This document shows, piece by piece, positions 1-9,148 of a stretch of 64,000 bases of DNA. Both the position numbers and the translations under genes were made by a program. Below the pieces are notes generated by a model that was given only the letters and a program-made list of their open reading frames with translations, searched no databases and was not told where the DNA came from. Origin of the DNA: Planctomycetales bacterium (GTDB lineage Bacteria; Omnitrophota; Gorgyraeia; Zapsychrales; Zapsychraceae); assembly GCA_005239675.1 (NCBI GenBank), contig SBBO01000044.1, positions 5,408 to 69,407 of the forward strand, given 5' to 3'. Position 1 is the first letter of the stretch. Each line of letters starts with the position of its first letter.

Positions 1-1
1 G

Positions 2-850
2 TCAATGAAGGCTATCCTGTTTCTCTTTGGCCCTGGTGAAAAATTGGAACAGATTCTTCTGATCGCGCTGGATGATTACCTTACGCAAAAAGGCCAATTG
101 CTTGACTGTCCCATCGAGGGCATGGAGGATATGCTGGGCATTAGTCAAACAGATATCATCCCAGACTGAAGGTGAGGACGAGGCAATGCGGGTCAAGTCT
201 TTAAAGCCCTGCAAGGCGTGCCTAAGGGATTCGGGAGGAATCGATTCCATTAAGGCATAGGCCAACAGATGCGGCAAGTGACTTATCTGCGCAAAAATCT
301 TATCGTGCTCGTCGGGAGAAAGAAAATCTACCCTCATCCCTAGCTTGGTCCATAAAAACTTTATCTTCTCCTTGACGACAGGATTGGTCTTGGCCGTTGG
401 GGTCATAATGCAACGTGTGTTCTGAAATAAATCCGCATGCGCATGCTCGACCCCATTTTTCTCAGAACCGGTCAAAGGATGCGAACCAATAAAGAACCCT
501 GCGGTCAATAAACTCTCTGCTTTTATAACAACCTCGGATTTGACGCTGCCCATATCCGTCACGAGACACCCGCGCCTCAGGTGAGGATTGATAAGGGAGA
601 AATACTCAATGATCGTCTGCACCGGGGTTGCCAGCACTACCAATTCGGCGTTGGCAACTCCCTCTCTGACATCAGTAAACCCTAAGTCAATGGCTTGGGC
701 CTTAATCGCCCGATCCAGGGTCTCCTGATGCAAAGATATGCCAACCACTTCCCGAGCAAGCCCCTGTTTCTTGAGGGCCATCCCTAAAGAACCGCCCATA
801 AAACCAACTCCTACGATAGTCACCCGTCTAAAGATGTGTGTTCGTAACAT
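2..850 (-). CDS. tyrA: prephenate dehydrogenase
   Basis: ORF 2..1048 trimmed to the ATG at 850 (MLRTHIFRRVTIVGVGFMGGSLG, a Rossmann GxGxxG just after the start). The upstream part of the ORF overlaps the preceding gene. Stop TGA at 2-4. Lies in an aromatic amino-acid gene string. Confidence 0.85.
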   Translation of the reverse strand: MLRTHIFRRVTIVGVGFMGGSLGMALKKQGLAREVVGISLHQETLDRAIKAQAIDLGFTDVREGVANAELVVLATPVQTIIEYFSLINPHLRRGCLVTDMGSVKSEVVIKAESLLTAGFFIGSHPLTGSEKNGVEHAHADLFQNTRCIMTPTAKTNPVVKEKIKFLWTKLGMRVDFLSPDEHDKIFAQISHLPHLLAYALMESIPPESLRHALQGFKDLTRIASSSPSVWDDICLTNAQHILHALDGTVKQLAFLRKVIIQRDQKNLFQFFTRAKEKQDSLH

Positions 851-861
851 AATCTTGTCTC

Positions 862-1878
862 CTAAATCTCCCGACCCATGGCAGAGGCAATTTTCTGCAA
901 ATCTCTCATCAGGATCTCGAAATTCTCTGGCTTCAGAGACTGCGGACCGTCTGAGAAAGCTTCTTCCGGGTTTTCGTGAACCTCGATGATAAGACCGTCG
1001 CATCCAGCAGCAACCCCCGCCCTGGCCGCGGGAGCTACCAAATCCCATTTTCCCGTTGCATGACTGGGATCCACGATGACGGGCAAATGGGACAACTGTT
1101 TGACGACGGCCACGGCATTGATGTCTAAGGTATTACGGGTGGCGGTCTCAAAGGTGCGGATACCGCGCTCACACAACATCACCTTAAAGTTTCCATTGGA
1201 AAGGATGTATTCAGCGGACATAAGCCACTCTTTAATGGTGGCGCTAATCCCACGTTTCAGGAGGACCGGTTTGTCCACCTTACCGACTTCTTTTAACAAA
1301 GAAAAATTCTGCATATTGCGCGCGCCTATCTGCAGGATGTCAACGTATCGGCAGATCAGACCAACGTCGCGCGGGTCTAAGACCTCTGTCACCGTTGCCA
1401 ATCCACATTCGCGTCCAGCCTCGGCCAAATATTTCAACCCCTCCTCCCCCAATCCTTGAAACTCATAGGGAGAAGTCCTTGGTTTATAGGCCCCTCCACG
1501 CAAGATGGTCGCGCCGGCCTTCTTGACCTTGTGAGCGATTGCCCGGATCCCTTGCGCACTCTCGACCGAACAAGGACCGGCTATGACATGAAGACGGCCA
1601 CAGCCGATCTGAATCCCCTCCCGGATGGTGATGATAGAATTTTCTTTATTGAATTCCCTAGAGACAAGACGGTACGGCGCCAACACGGGCAAGACCCGCT
1701 CAACACCGGGAAACACCTCTAAAGGGATTACCTGAAGAACGTCCTCAGGACCTATTAATCCGATGATCGTTCGCTCAACCCCGCGAGAGATGTGCGTCTT
1801 AAGCCCAAGCTTCTCAACCTTTCCAAGGATATGACTAATCTGGCTATCTGTTACATCGGATTTAAGGATAATGATCAT
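862..1878 (-). CDS. aroF: 3-deoxy-7-phosphoheptulonate (DAHP) synthase, type I-beta, with N-terminal ferredoxin/ACT-like regulatory domain
   Basis: 338 aa. Motifs GPCSVES, KPRTSPY, LLKRG and VDPSHATG. Has an extra ~70-aa N-terminal domain. 4-nt overlap with the upstream aminotransferase gene. Confidence 0.85.
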   Translation of the reverse strand: MIIILKSDVTDSQISHILGKVEKLGLKTHISRGVERTIIGLIGPEDVLQVIPLEVFPGVERVLPVLAPYRLVSREFNKENSIITIREGIQIGCGRLHVIAGPCSVESAQGIRAIAHKVKKAGATILRGGAYKPRTSPYEFQGLGEEGLKYLAEAGRECGLATVTEVLDPRDVGLICRYVDILQIGARNMQNFSLLKEVGKVDKPVLLKRGISATIKEWLMSAEYILSNGNFKVMLCERGIRTFETATRNTLDINAVAVVKQLSHLPVIVDPSHATGKWDLVAPAARAGVAAGCDGLIIEVHENPEEAFSDGPQSLKPENFEILMRDLQKIASAMGREI

Positions 1879-2960
1879 AGAATTCCTTTCAGACTATTTA
1901 AAAAACGTTTATTCTCTAAGGGGGTGCCGATCGTCACACGGATAAAACGGCCCAACCCCCAAGGGCTCATGTCGCGGACAATCACCCCCTTGGCTAAAAG
2001 GGCCCTTACAACCAAGCCGGCCGGCCGGCCCATATCAATTAAAACAAAATTAGTACAACTTGCAACATATTTCAGACCTAATCGCTCAATACCTGCGTAA
2101 AGAATTTTACGCTGACGGGCGATCTCGCGGGCGAGGTCCTGATAGTAAAGGGGGTCATTCAAGCATGCCAGCGCCGCGGCCTGAGCCAGGGAATTGACAT
2201 TAAACGGCTCGCGCACACGGTTGAGGCAATCAATAGTTTCTTCATGAGCAATACCATAACCAATCCGTAATCCCGCAAGACCGTACATCTTAGAGAACGT
2301 ACGAGTCACGATGATATTCTTGTGCTTTTTTAATAATCCAACTGAATTCACATAATCAGGGGCCTGCACGTATTCATAATAAGCCTCATCGATAAAAACC
2401 AGGGTACGGGGACTGACGGCGCGCATAAATCCCTGCACATCATCTTGTGTCAGATATTGGCCCGAGGGGTTGTCGGGGTTGCCCAGAAAAACCATCTTCG
2501 TCTTAGCCGTAAGACACCGTTTCATTCCTTCCAGGTCATAATAAAAATTTTTCAAAGGGACGGTCTTGATCTTGGCCGCAGCAAGCTTAGCGGCAATAGC
2601 ATAAATCAGAAACGATGGTTGGGCAATGATCACCTCATCGCCTTTCTGGACAAAGGCGCGGGTGGCGAGGACAATGACCTCATCAGAACCGTTACCGAAA
2701 ATCAATTGACGAGAAGAGACCTTAAGCCGCTGAGCGAGTGCCTGGCGCAGATCATAGCAATCACCATCAGGATAACGGTTCACCTGCTGGGCGGCGCGGC
2801 AGATGGCCTTAAGCGCCTTAGGACATGGTCCATAGGGGTTTTCGTTAGAGGCAAGCTTGATGACGCTCTTTAAACCTAACTCTCTTTTGACTTCCTCAAT
2901 AGGCCGCCCTGGGACATAGGGCTGGATTTCAAAAATCGTATTTTGGGCGAGCGAACGCAT
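1875..2960 (-). CDS. hisC: histidinol-phosphate/aromatic aminotransferase (class II)
   Basis: 361 aa. Motifs [10 protein letters not shown] and [15 protein letters not shown] (PLP-Lys region). Embedded between pheA and aroF, so it may act as the aromatic aminotransferase. Confidence 0.8.
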   Translation of the reverse strand: MRSLAQNTIFEIQPYVPGRPIEEVKRELGLKSVIKLASNENPYGPCPKALKAICRAAQQVNRYPDGDCYDLRQALAQRLKVSSRQLIFGNGSDEVIVLATRAFVQKGDEVIIAQPSFLIYAIAAKLAAAKIKTVPLKNFYYDLEGMKRCLTAKTKMVFLGNPDNPSGQYLTQDDVQGFMRAVSPRTLVFIDEAYYEYVQAPDYVNSVGLLKKHKNIIVTRTFSKMYGLAGLRIGYGIAHEETIDCLNRVREPFNVNSLAQAAALACLNDPLYYQDLAREIARQRKILYAGIERLGLKYVASCTNFVLIDMGRPAGLVVRALLAKGVIVRDMSPWGLGRFIRVTIGTPLENKRFLNSLKGIL

Positions 2961-2963
2961 GGG

Positions 2964-4034
2964 CTAATCCATGACCGGATAAGAGCCGACCACTTTGAGA
3001 TACTTGCACATGCCCTCCAGCTTCTCTAGTGCCTTGCGGACATTTTTTTCAAGACGATGTCCTTCGAAATCAACAAAAAAATAATAATCCCAGGCCTTTT
3101 TCTTGGCCGGACGCGACTCAATCTTGGTGAGGTTGATCCTGTTGTGTGCAAAAGGGGTGAGCATCGCATGCAGCGCCCCTACCTTGTCTTTAATGGAAAA
3201 TAGAATCGTCGTGCGGTCTTTACCCGTCCGAGGGGCATCATGGGCCGCCAAGACCAAAAACCGCGTTATATTATGGGCGATATCCTCAATATTACTACGC
3301 ACGATAGGAAGGCCGTAGAACTTCGCGGCCAAGCTCGAGGCAATCGCGCTGGCCCCTTTTTCCTTGCTGGCCCGGCGGACCGCCTCAGTCGTCGAGGCAA
3401 CGGCAATCTGTCCGGCCTGGGGCATATTATTGAGAAGCCAATTCCGGCACTGCCCAAATACCTGCGGGTTTGAATAAACAGATTGGATTCTCTTAAAATT
3501 ATGAGTATGCGCTAATAGATGATGGGAGACATTCATTAGAATCTGGGCGCAGGCCTTTAATTCGGAATCAACCAAAAGGTCGAAGGTGTGTGTAACTGCC
3601 CCTTCGGTCGAATTTTCAATGGGGACAACACCGTAATCGCAGTCTGCGTGTTCGACTTTCTGGAATACTTCAGCAATACCTTCGCAAGGAACATACGTCA
3701 CCCGTGAGCCAAATTTCTTGTTGGCTGCTAGATGCGTATGAGAACCTTCTGTGCCCAGATAGGCGATGCGTAATGACTTTTCTAAAGCGAGCGAACTCGA
3801 CATAATCTCTCGGTAAATCGCTTGAAAATCCTCATACGACATCGGTCCTTTGTTCAACGCCTGAATGCGCCGTAGGACCTCTTTTTCCCGGTGAGGCGAG
3901 TAGATGCCGCTACTATTTTTTGTTTTTTCTTCACCAATAGCGAGACTAAGTCCTGCCCTTTGATTCAGCAAAGTGACAAGCCGGACATCTAGCGCGTCGA
4001 TTTTCTTACGTAAACTATGAAGAGTTGTTTTCAT
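2964..4034 (-). CDS. pheA: bifunctional chorismate mutase / prephenate dehydratase (P-protein) with C-terminal ACT domain
   Basis: ORF 2964..4097 trimmed to the ATG at 4034 (MKTTLHSLRKKIDALDVRLVTLLNQR, a CM_2 helix). Followed by a PDT domain (LRIAYLGTEGSHTH) and an ACT domain (TILFSIKDKVGALH...ESRP). Confidence 0.88.
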   Translation of the reverse strand: MKTTLHSLRKKIDALDVRLVTLLNQRAGLSLAIGEEKTKNSSGIYSPHREKEVLRRIQALNKGPMSYEDFQAIYREIMSSSLALEKSLRIAYLGTEGSHTHLAANKKFGSRVTYVPCEGIAEVFQKVEHADCDYGVVPIENSTEGAVTHTFDLLVDSELKACAQILMNVSHHLLAHTHNFKRIQSVYSNPQVFGQCRNWLLNNMPQAGQIAVASTTEAVRRASKEKGASAIASSLAAKFYGLPIVRSNIEDIAHNITRFLVLAAHDAPRTGKDRTTILFSIKDKVGALHAMLTPFAHNRINLTKIESRPAKKKAWDYYFFVDFEGHRLEKNVRKALEKLEGMCKYLKVVGSYPVMD

Positions 4035-4713
4035 CGTTAACGAGATTAACGCAATGATCGGTGGGTTGATCCCCTGCGGGGTTCGTGGCCATAACACTTT
4101 CTTTTTGGGCCTCCTGGACCACCGACTGCCCCGGGGATCCTTGTGTCTGCACAGGGGTAATCAATGTCGGAAATTCCTCCAGTCGAGGAAGATCCTCCAA
4201 TGATTTCAATCCAAAATATTCTAGGAACTGTTTAGTCGTTGCATAAAAAAATGGTCGACCAGGCACGTCTTTACGTCCAACAGGTTTAATGAGCTCCTTG
4301 GTTAGAAGAAGCGCAATGACACCATCGCAATTAACCCCGCGAATAACTTCAACCTCAACCTTAGTGACTGGCTGCTTGTAAGCGATAATGGCCAACGTCT
4401 CCAATGCTGGCTTGGATAGTTTTTCCTTGTGCCTTGTCTTATAAAAATCATGGATGTAGGAGGCGTAATCAGGGTTACTAAGCATTTGATAACCACCGGC
4501 AATTTCCAAAATCCGGATACCGCTGTGTCTTCCTACATACTGAGCATTCAGGTCCTCAAGGATGCTCTTAATTTCAGGGATACTGACGGTCGCCAATGCC
4601 TTCTTCATTTGCTCGATGGTCACTGGCCGTTCATTGACAAATAAAAGCGCCTCAATGATGCCTTTAATGTAATCGGACTGTTCTTGAGTCCCTTGCGGTG
4701 TTTGTTCTGTCAT
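4015..4713 (-). CDS. scpB: segregation and condensation protein B
   Basis: 232 aa. ScpB winged-helix signatures IIEALLFVNERPVTIEQM and LETLAIIAYKQPVTKVEVEVIRGV. The 3' end overlaps the pheA start by 20 nt. Confidence 0.85.
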   Translation of the reverse strand: MTEQTPQGTQEQSDYIKGIIEALLFVNERPVTIEQMKKALATVSIPEIKSILEDLNAQYVGRHSGIRILEIAGGYQMLSNPDYASYIHDFYKTRHKEKLSKPALETLAIIAYKQPVTKVEVEVIRGVNCDGVIALLLTKELIKPVGRKDVPGRPFFYATTKQFLEYFGLKSLEDLPRLEEFPTLITPVQTQGSPGQSVVQEAQKESVMATNPAGDQPTDHCVNLVNDENNSS

Positions 4714-4759
4714 CGTATTCTCAGTTGCGTAGGGCCTGTCTCGTCCCTACATTATCCAA

Positions 4760-5413
4760 TTAATTTGATGGGGTATGGACAGTACGAATTTTTTGGTTAT
4801 AAATTTCATTCAACAATTCTTCAGCTGTTCGAATATTTTTAGAGCGTTCCAATGTCTTGGCGATCATCTCTTTGGCCTCCTGCCTACGGTACTGGAGCTG
4901 GAGCAGGATATCGAGCGCCTCCTTCTGCCAGTCGACCGATTCCCCGGTCGAAGACAAGCAAACGTTTTTGCCGTGGTCCTGGATGAGCCCAAATCGACCA
5001 ACCTTTCCTTGGAGTTTGGCGATGATCTCCTTGGCCTTCTGAATGCCGATGCCAGGGAGTGTCTTGAGATACTCGGTGTCACCTTCATGGATTGCCCGGG
5101 TGATCTGGGTGATAGGCTGGTTTAAGGCCCTGACCGCTGCCCGGGGTCCGATGCCGGAAACCTTGATGAATTGAAGAAAGAAGTCTCTTTCAATATGATT
5201 GATAAAACCAATGAGTGTAGGGATAGCGGACGACGGTCCAATCTGTAAATAATGATAGATGATCAAATGCACGTCACCTTGAGAGTCTTTGGTCTCATCG
5301 ATATGCTCGAGCACAAATGTCGGCACCATGATTTCATAAAAAACGCCGTGGACATTGACAATAATGGAATGATCTTCTCTTTGAACCAATTTTCCGGTAA
5401 TACGTGCGATCAT
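4760..5413 (-). CDS. ruvA: Holliday junction branch migration complex subunit RuvA
   Basis: 217 aa. Starts MIARITGKLV, with an OB-fold N-terminus and the HhH motif LKTLPGIGIQKAKEII. Confidence 0.92.
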   Translation of the reverse strand: MIARITGKLVQREDHSIIVNVHGVFYEIMVPTFVLEHIDETKDSQGDVHLIIYHYLQIGPSSAIPTLIGFINHIERDFFLQFIKVSGIGPRAAVRALNQPITQITRAIHEGDTEYLKTLPGIGIQKAKEIIAKLQGKVGRFGLIQDHGKNVCLSSTGESVDWQKEALDILLQLQYRRQEAKEMIAKTLERSKNIRTAEELLNEIYNQKIRTVHTPSN

Positions 5414-5901
5414 GGGCGTCGTACCCCACCACCATCCACACGAATATATCCCAGGGCTAGGGCCAAGGCGTCGCTGGCGTCCAAACTCAATTTTGCCTCA
5501 TCGATGGCCAGGAAAGAGGCCACGAACCGTCGGATCTGCACCTTAGAGGCATTGCCGTTTCCGGTTAAGACCTGACGAATCCGCTTGACGCTATATTCAA
5601 CCAGTTGAAGCCCCCGCTGCGCGCAGACAAGGCAAATAACGCCGCGGACATGCCCCAATGTACTCGCGGTGATCGGATGATTGTAGTGAGCGTATAATTT
5701 CTCTAGCACCAAGGTCTGCGGGCCATGCTCGATGATCAATTCATCAAGAACATCATGAATAGTCTTAAGACGATTTTGGAGCAATTCTTTTTGTTTCGGC
5801 TCAATCGTTCCTACCTCCAGCAGGCTCACTAACGATTGTTTACATTCCACCACCCCATAGCCGGTTGCCCGTAGGCCCGGATCGATGCCCATGATTATCA
5901 T
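5410..5901 (-). CDS. ruvC: crossover junction endodeoxyribonuclease RuvC
   Basis: 163 aa. IIMGIDPGLRATGYGVV catalytic Asp motif. 4-nt overlap with ruvA. Confidence 0.92.
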   Translation of the reverse strand: MIIMGIDPGLRATGYGVVECKQSLVSLLEVGTIEPKQKELLQNRLKTIHDVLDELIIEHGPQTLVLEKLYAHYNHPITASTLGHVRGVICLVCAQRGLQLVEYSVKRIRQVLTGNGNASKVQIRRFVASFLAIDEAKLSLDASDALALALGYIRVDGGGVRRP

Positions 5902-5907
5902 TCTTCC

Positions 5908-6654
5908 CTAAGCAATCTTATCCATCTCTTCATCAGGAATATCGAAATTAGCGTAGACGTTTTGGACATCCTCTTGCTCTTCGAGGGCCTCCATCAACCC
6001 CAACAAAGTTTTTGCCTCTTCGCCAACGATGCGAACATATGTACTGGGCAGCATCGTCATTTCAGCGGTTGCTATTGCAATTTTCCTAGCGGTGATCGCG
6101 TCTTTCACCTTTTGAAAGCTAGCGATGTCGCAGGTAATCTCGTAATTCTGCCCTTCAAGCCTGATATCTTCTGCACCGGCATCAAGGGCGATCTCCATCA
6201 GGGTCTCTTCGTTCCCCTGGGTTTTATCAACGGTGATAAAACCTTTTTTTGAGAACAAATACGACGTTGCCCCTGGGCCAGCCAAGCTACCATTCTTCTT
6301 AGATAAAATATTACGAATCTCGGCGGTAGTGCGGTTTTTGTTGTCCGTCAGACCCTCAATCAGCATCGCCACGCCACCCGGGCCATACGCGTCAAAGGTG
6401 ACTGTCTCATAAACGACACCGGGAAGCTCACCGGTCCCTTTCTTGATGGCATTGTCAATATTAACGAGCGGCATATTGATTCCCTTGGCACGGTCGATCG
6501 CCGCCCGCAGGCGCGCGTTGGATTCGACATTGCCCCCGCCATCTTTGGCTGCCGCTGTAACCTCTCGAATCATCTTGGTAAAGGCCGCCCCACGCTTCGC
6601 GTCTGCCGCAGCCTTTTTATGTTTAATACTTGCCCATTTTGAATGACCTGACAT
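5908..6654 (-). CDS. yebC: YebC/PmpR family DNA-binding transcriptional regulator
   Basis: 248 aa. N-terminal signature MSGHSKWASIKHKKAAADAKRG. Confidence 0.92.
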   Translation of the reverse strand: MSGHSKWASIKHKKAAADAKRGAAFTKMIREVTAAAKDGGGNVESNARLRAAIDRAKGINMPLVNIDNAIKKGTGELPGVVYETVTFDAYGPGGVAMLIEGLTDNKNRTTAEIRNILSKKNGSLAGPGATSYLFSKKGFITVDKTQGNEETLMEIALDAGAEDIRLEGQNYEITCDIASFQKVKDAITARKIAIATAEMTMLPSTYVRIVGEEAKTLLGLMEALEEQEDVQNVYANFDIPDEEMDKIA

Positions 6655-6705
6655 TGCTGAATACCCCCCTCCATTGACCCTGGTTAACTTTTACACGAAT
6701 TCAAA

Positions 6706-7090
6706 TGTCAGCAGGCGCGAATAAGCCGAGTTATGTCCTCTCCTCTATCGAAGAGAGTGATGGTTATTGAACTAACTCCGAAGATCGCTCTCCGGACTCT
6801 TGCGGCCTACCCAGGAATGCTAACGGGACGGATCGCCCCTCTTCCCCTATTCGGCCTTGCTCCATGCAGAGATTGCCTCGTTGCACCCTTTAACAGCGTT
6901 CCATTTTAAGCATTCCCTTTTAGGGAAAGATGAATAGAAAACGCTGTTAAAGTATCGTCACTGTGGCTCTTATCTTTCCAACCATTATAAGGGCTGGAAT
7001 CCTGGATTAACAGGATGCACTATCCTTTGGAGCTCGGACTTTCCTCCGCGCTGTGGTGAAACAGCGTGGCAACCATCTTGGCCTGCTTTT
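6706..7090 (-). ncRNA. rnpB: RNase P RNA, bacterial type A (ends approximate, +/-5 nt)
   Basis: Read on the minus strand:
- P1 is AGCAGGC (7087-7081) paired with GCCUGCU (6716-6710).
- P2 is GAUGGUU paired with AACCAUC.
- P3 is the hairpin CGCUGU-UUCACC-ACAGCG.
- Universal P4/J3-4 element GAGGAAAGUCCGAGCUCC (about 7050-7033).
- GGAGCAAGGCCGAAUAGGGG and CCUGGGUAGGCCGCAAGAGUCCGGA are present.
- 3' P4 strand is ACAUAACUCGGCUUAUUCG.
These elements are nearly identical to the E. coli M1 RNA conserved core. Confidence 0.93.
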
Positions 7091-7502
7091 TAATGATCGG
7101 TGGTGACAAGGCCCCTGTGGCCAATTTATCAGCGTGTTGGTTCTTATCCCGCGTGACGTGCACCAGCTCAACGTTATTGAACCCACGCTTGAGCTGCTGA
7201 ACTTGATCATACAAGAATTTAAGCCGTTGGTCCTTGACTTTATAGCTTCCAGTCAACTGACAGAACATGAGCTCGCTATCGGTAGAAATTCTAACCTCGT
7301 GAACTTTACGCACCAACGCCTCTTGCAGGGCACAAATCAGCGCGGTATATTCAGCAATATTGTTAGTCGCCTCTCCTATGGACCTGGCGATTTCGGCAAC
7401 AACCCGATCGCCCTCCTTGAAGACAATGCCGATGGCCGCTGGTCCCGGATTACCACGACAAGCTCCATCAACAAATATTTCTAACGCACAATTAGAGATC
7501 AT
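7020..7502 (-). CDS. rnhA: ribonuclease HI family protein
   Basis: ORF 7020..7568. The likely start is the ATG at 7502 (MISNCALEIFVDGACRGNPGPAAIG), with 7511 as an alternative. DEDD catalytic positions are in FVDGA, NNIAEY, STDSEL and HADKLA. The last ~23 codons (KKQAKMVATLFHHSAEESPSSKG) are encoded by the 5' part of rnpB. Confidence 0.8.
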   Translation of the reverse strand: MISNCALEIFVDGACRGNPGPAAIGIVFKEGDRVVAEIARSIGEATNNIAEYTALICALQEALVRKVHEVRISTDSELMFCQLTGSYKVKDQRLKFLYDQVQQLKRGFNNVELVHVTRDKNQHADKLATGALSPPIIKKQAKMVATLFHHSAEESPSSKG

Positions 7503-8217
7503 CCTCGACATATAAAATGCGCTGGCATATCTCACAAATGATGAGCTGGTCATGTGTCTTGATCGCATTGATGGTCTGGGGTGGCACGTTCATGTGACAA
7601 CCCATGCATGAGTTGTTCTTGATGGGGACAATCGCTAGGCCGTCCTTATGCGCCAAAATCCGCTCATAACGGGCAAGGCAGGCCTCATCAATGCCAACGA
7701 GAAATTGCTTACGCTGTGACGCGAGAACCTTGCTACGGTCCTCCAATAAGACGATATCGTCTTCAATAATCTTTTTTTGCGTCAGATACCGATTTTCTTG
7801 CGCTGCGACGACTATCTTTTCTTTGTTTATATCCGCCTGAACTAGGTCGGCCTCATCGTAAGAGATCAGTATCTTTTCTTCGAAAATAGATTTATCTGCC
7901 TGGATGCTGGCAATCTCGGTTAGTTTCGCCTGATATTCCTTGTTGGTCTTGATCAAAAAAAGTTGGGCGTTGAACTTGGCAATTTGGTCTTCATTGTTTT
8001 TTAAATCCAGCTCAAGCTCTTTACGCTTAAGCTGAATAGCCTTAAGCTTATTCGTGAGTGCATTGAAATGGGCCTTACTGGTTTCAAATTCTTTCTTTAG
8101 GCCTTCGATCAGTGCCGGCTTTTCAGTCAGATCAGTCCTGATTTGATGAATCTGCCCATCGATTGTCTGTAGATCAACGAGTCGCTTGACCTGATCTTTA
8201 ACAGAGATTTCCGGCAC
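7492..8217 (-). CDS. coiled-coil protein with C-terminal C4 zinc ribbon (COG1579-like)
   Basis: 241 aa. Long heptad-rich region followed by CMGCHMNVPPQ...ICEICQRILY. Confidence 0.7.
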   Translation of the reverse strand: MPEISVKDQVKRLVDLQTIDGQIHQIRTDLTEKPALIEGLKKEFETSKAHFNALTNKLKAIQLKRKELELDLKNNEDQIAKFNAQLFLIKTNKEYQAKLTEIASIQADKSIFEEKILISYDEADLVQADINKEKIVVAAQENRYLTQKKIIEDDIVLLEDRSKVLASQRKQFLVGIDEACLARYERILAHKDGLAIVPIKNNSCMGCHMNVPPQTINAIKTHDQLIICEICQRILYVEDDL

Positions 8218-8263
8218 GATACTGTGTCCTTTGCATCAATTAAAATGTCTAACCAAGACTATA

Positions 8264-8337
8264 TGGACTCAGTAGGACTTGAACCTACGACCTTCGCCAT
8301 GTGAGGGCGACGCTCTAACCAACTGAGCTATGAGTCC
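8264..8337 (-). tRNA. tRNA-Val (anticodon CAC); no encoded CCA
   Basis: Manual cloverleaf on the minus strand: GGACUCA-UA-GCUC-AGUUGGUUA-GAGC-G-UCGCC-CUCACAU-GGCGA-AGGUC-GUAGG-UUCAAGU-CCUAC-UGAGUCC-A. Confidence 0.9.
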
Positions 8338-8358
8338 GCTCTAAGCCTTAGGTCGGGA

Positions 8359-8417
8359 CCCCCAGCGTATTGATTTACGCACTTTTGCTTTTTAAAAGTG
8401 TGTAAATCAGTTGGGGG
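8359..8417 (-). other. long imperfect hairpin in the spacer between the two tRNA genes
   Basis: cccccagcgtattgatttacgcactttt (8359-8386) pairs with aaaagtgtgtaaatcagttggggg (8394-8417). About 21 bp with one bulge, and a 7-nt loop gcttttt. Confidence 0.6.
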
Positions 8418-8443
8418 CTGAGCTATGCCATATTTTTAATTTC

Positions 8444-8517
8444 TGGGCCTACCTGGACTCGAACCAGGGACCAAGTGATTATGAGTCACCTGCTCTGACC
8501 GACTGAGCTATAGGCCC
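8444..8517 (-). tRNA. tRNA with anticodon CAU, probably tRNA-Ile2 (lysidine-modified) rather than elongator or initiator Met
   Basis: Cloverleaf: GGGCCUA-UA-GCUC-AGUCGGUCA-GAGC-A-GGUGA-CUCAUAA-UCACU-UGGUC-CCUGG-UUCGAGU-CCAGG-UAGGCCC-A. It lacks the initiator features (a 1-72 mismatch, three G-C pairs in the anticodon stem). The anticodon arm, variable loop and C4/C5 in the acceptor stem resemble E. coli ileX. Confidence 0.85.
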
Positions 8518-8607
8518 TGATATAAAAATGTCATAAAAGTCGCTTAAGCATATCATAAGCCTATATTAGTTTCAACAAAAGATTACCCTCGGAATCCGCA
8601 ATGGAGA

Positions 8608-9117
8608 TCAAGGAAGAGATAACCAACCACACAACCCTAACGCGGCCAGGGTCTTGGCGTCCATAATGCGGCCGGTGCGAACGAGATCTTGGACCTCTAA
8701 TTTATTCAAAATTTTTATCTCAATAATCTCATCTGGATCTTTGACTCCTCGTTTCTTGATAAGGCGCTGGGCCTTAAAGATATGGATGATCTCGGTCGAA
8801 TATCCAGGCACAGGATAAATCTTGCCCAACCGGGTCAACCTGCCTGCGGTATAATCGGTCTCTTCGATCAATTCCCGATGGGCGCAGACAAGCGGTCGCT
8901 CACGGGCGTTAAGAGTGCCTGCGGGTAGCTCTAACAAGAATCTACCGAGCACCGGTCGGTATTGATGCAGGAAGATTAATTGATCTCTCGTCAAGAATGG
9001 AAGAATGAGGACGGCGCCAGGATGCTCTACCACATCAACATCGATGCTGGAGCCATTGGGTAGCAACTTGCGAACGACCGCGAAATTAAACTTGCTCCCT
9101 CTACATCGAACCTTCAT
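8608..9117 (-). CDS. NUDIX hydrolase (ADP-ribose pyrophosphatase-like)
   Basis: ORF 8608..9318 trimmed to the ATG at 9117 (MKVRCRG...) because the rest overlaps rpoD. NUDIX box GTLNARERPLVCAHRELIEETDY. Confidence 0.8.
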   Translation of the reverse strand: MKVRCRGSKFNFAVVRKLLPNGSSIDVDVVEHPGAVLILPFLTRDQLIFLHQYRPVLGRFLLELPAGTLNARERPLVCAHRELIEETDYTAGRLTRLGKIYPVPGYSTEIIHIFKAQRLIKKRGVKDPDEIIEIKILNKLEVQDLVRTGRIMDAKTLAALGLCGWLSLP

Positions 9118-9148
9118 GATCAAAGACCCGCACCATAGAGGGGGGTCA

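Noticed and set aside
851-1048. N-terminal extensions of listed ORFs (tyrA to 1048, pheA to 4097, NUDIX to 9318, receiver to 57521, ACP to 17774, alr to 32389, radA to 45281, mlaF to 46800)
   Set aside because: The extensions overlap the upstream gene and have non-protein-like sequence. In each case an internal ATG sits right at the conserved N-terminal motif, often with a Shine-Dalgarno or an ATGA coupling overlap.
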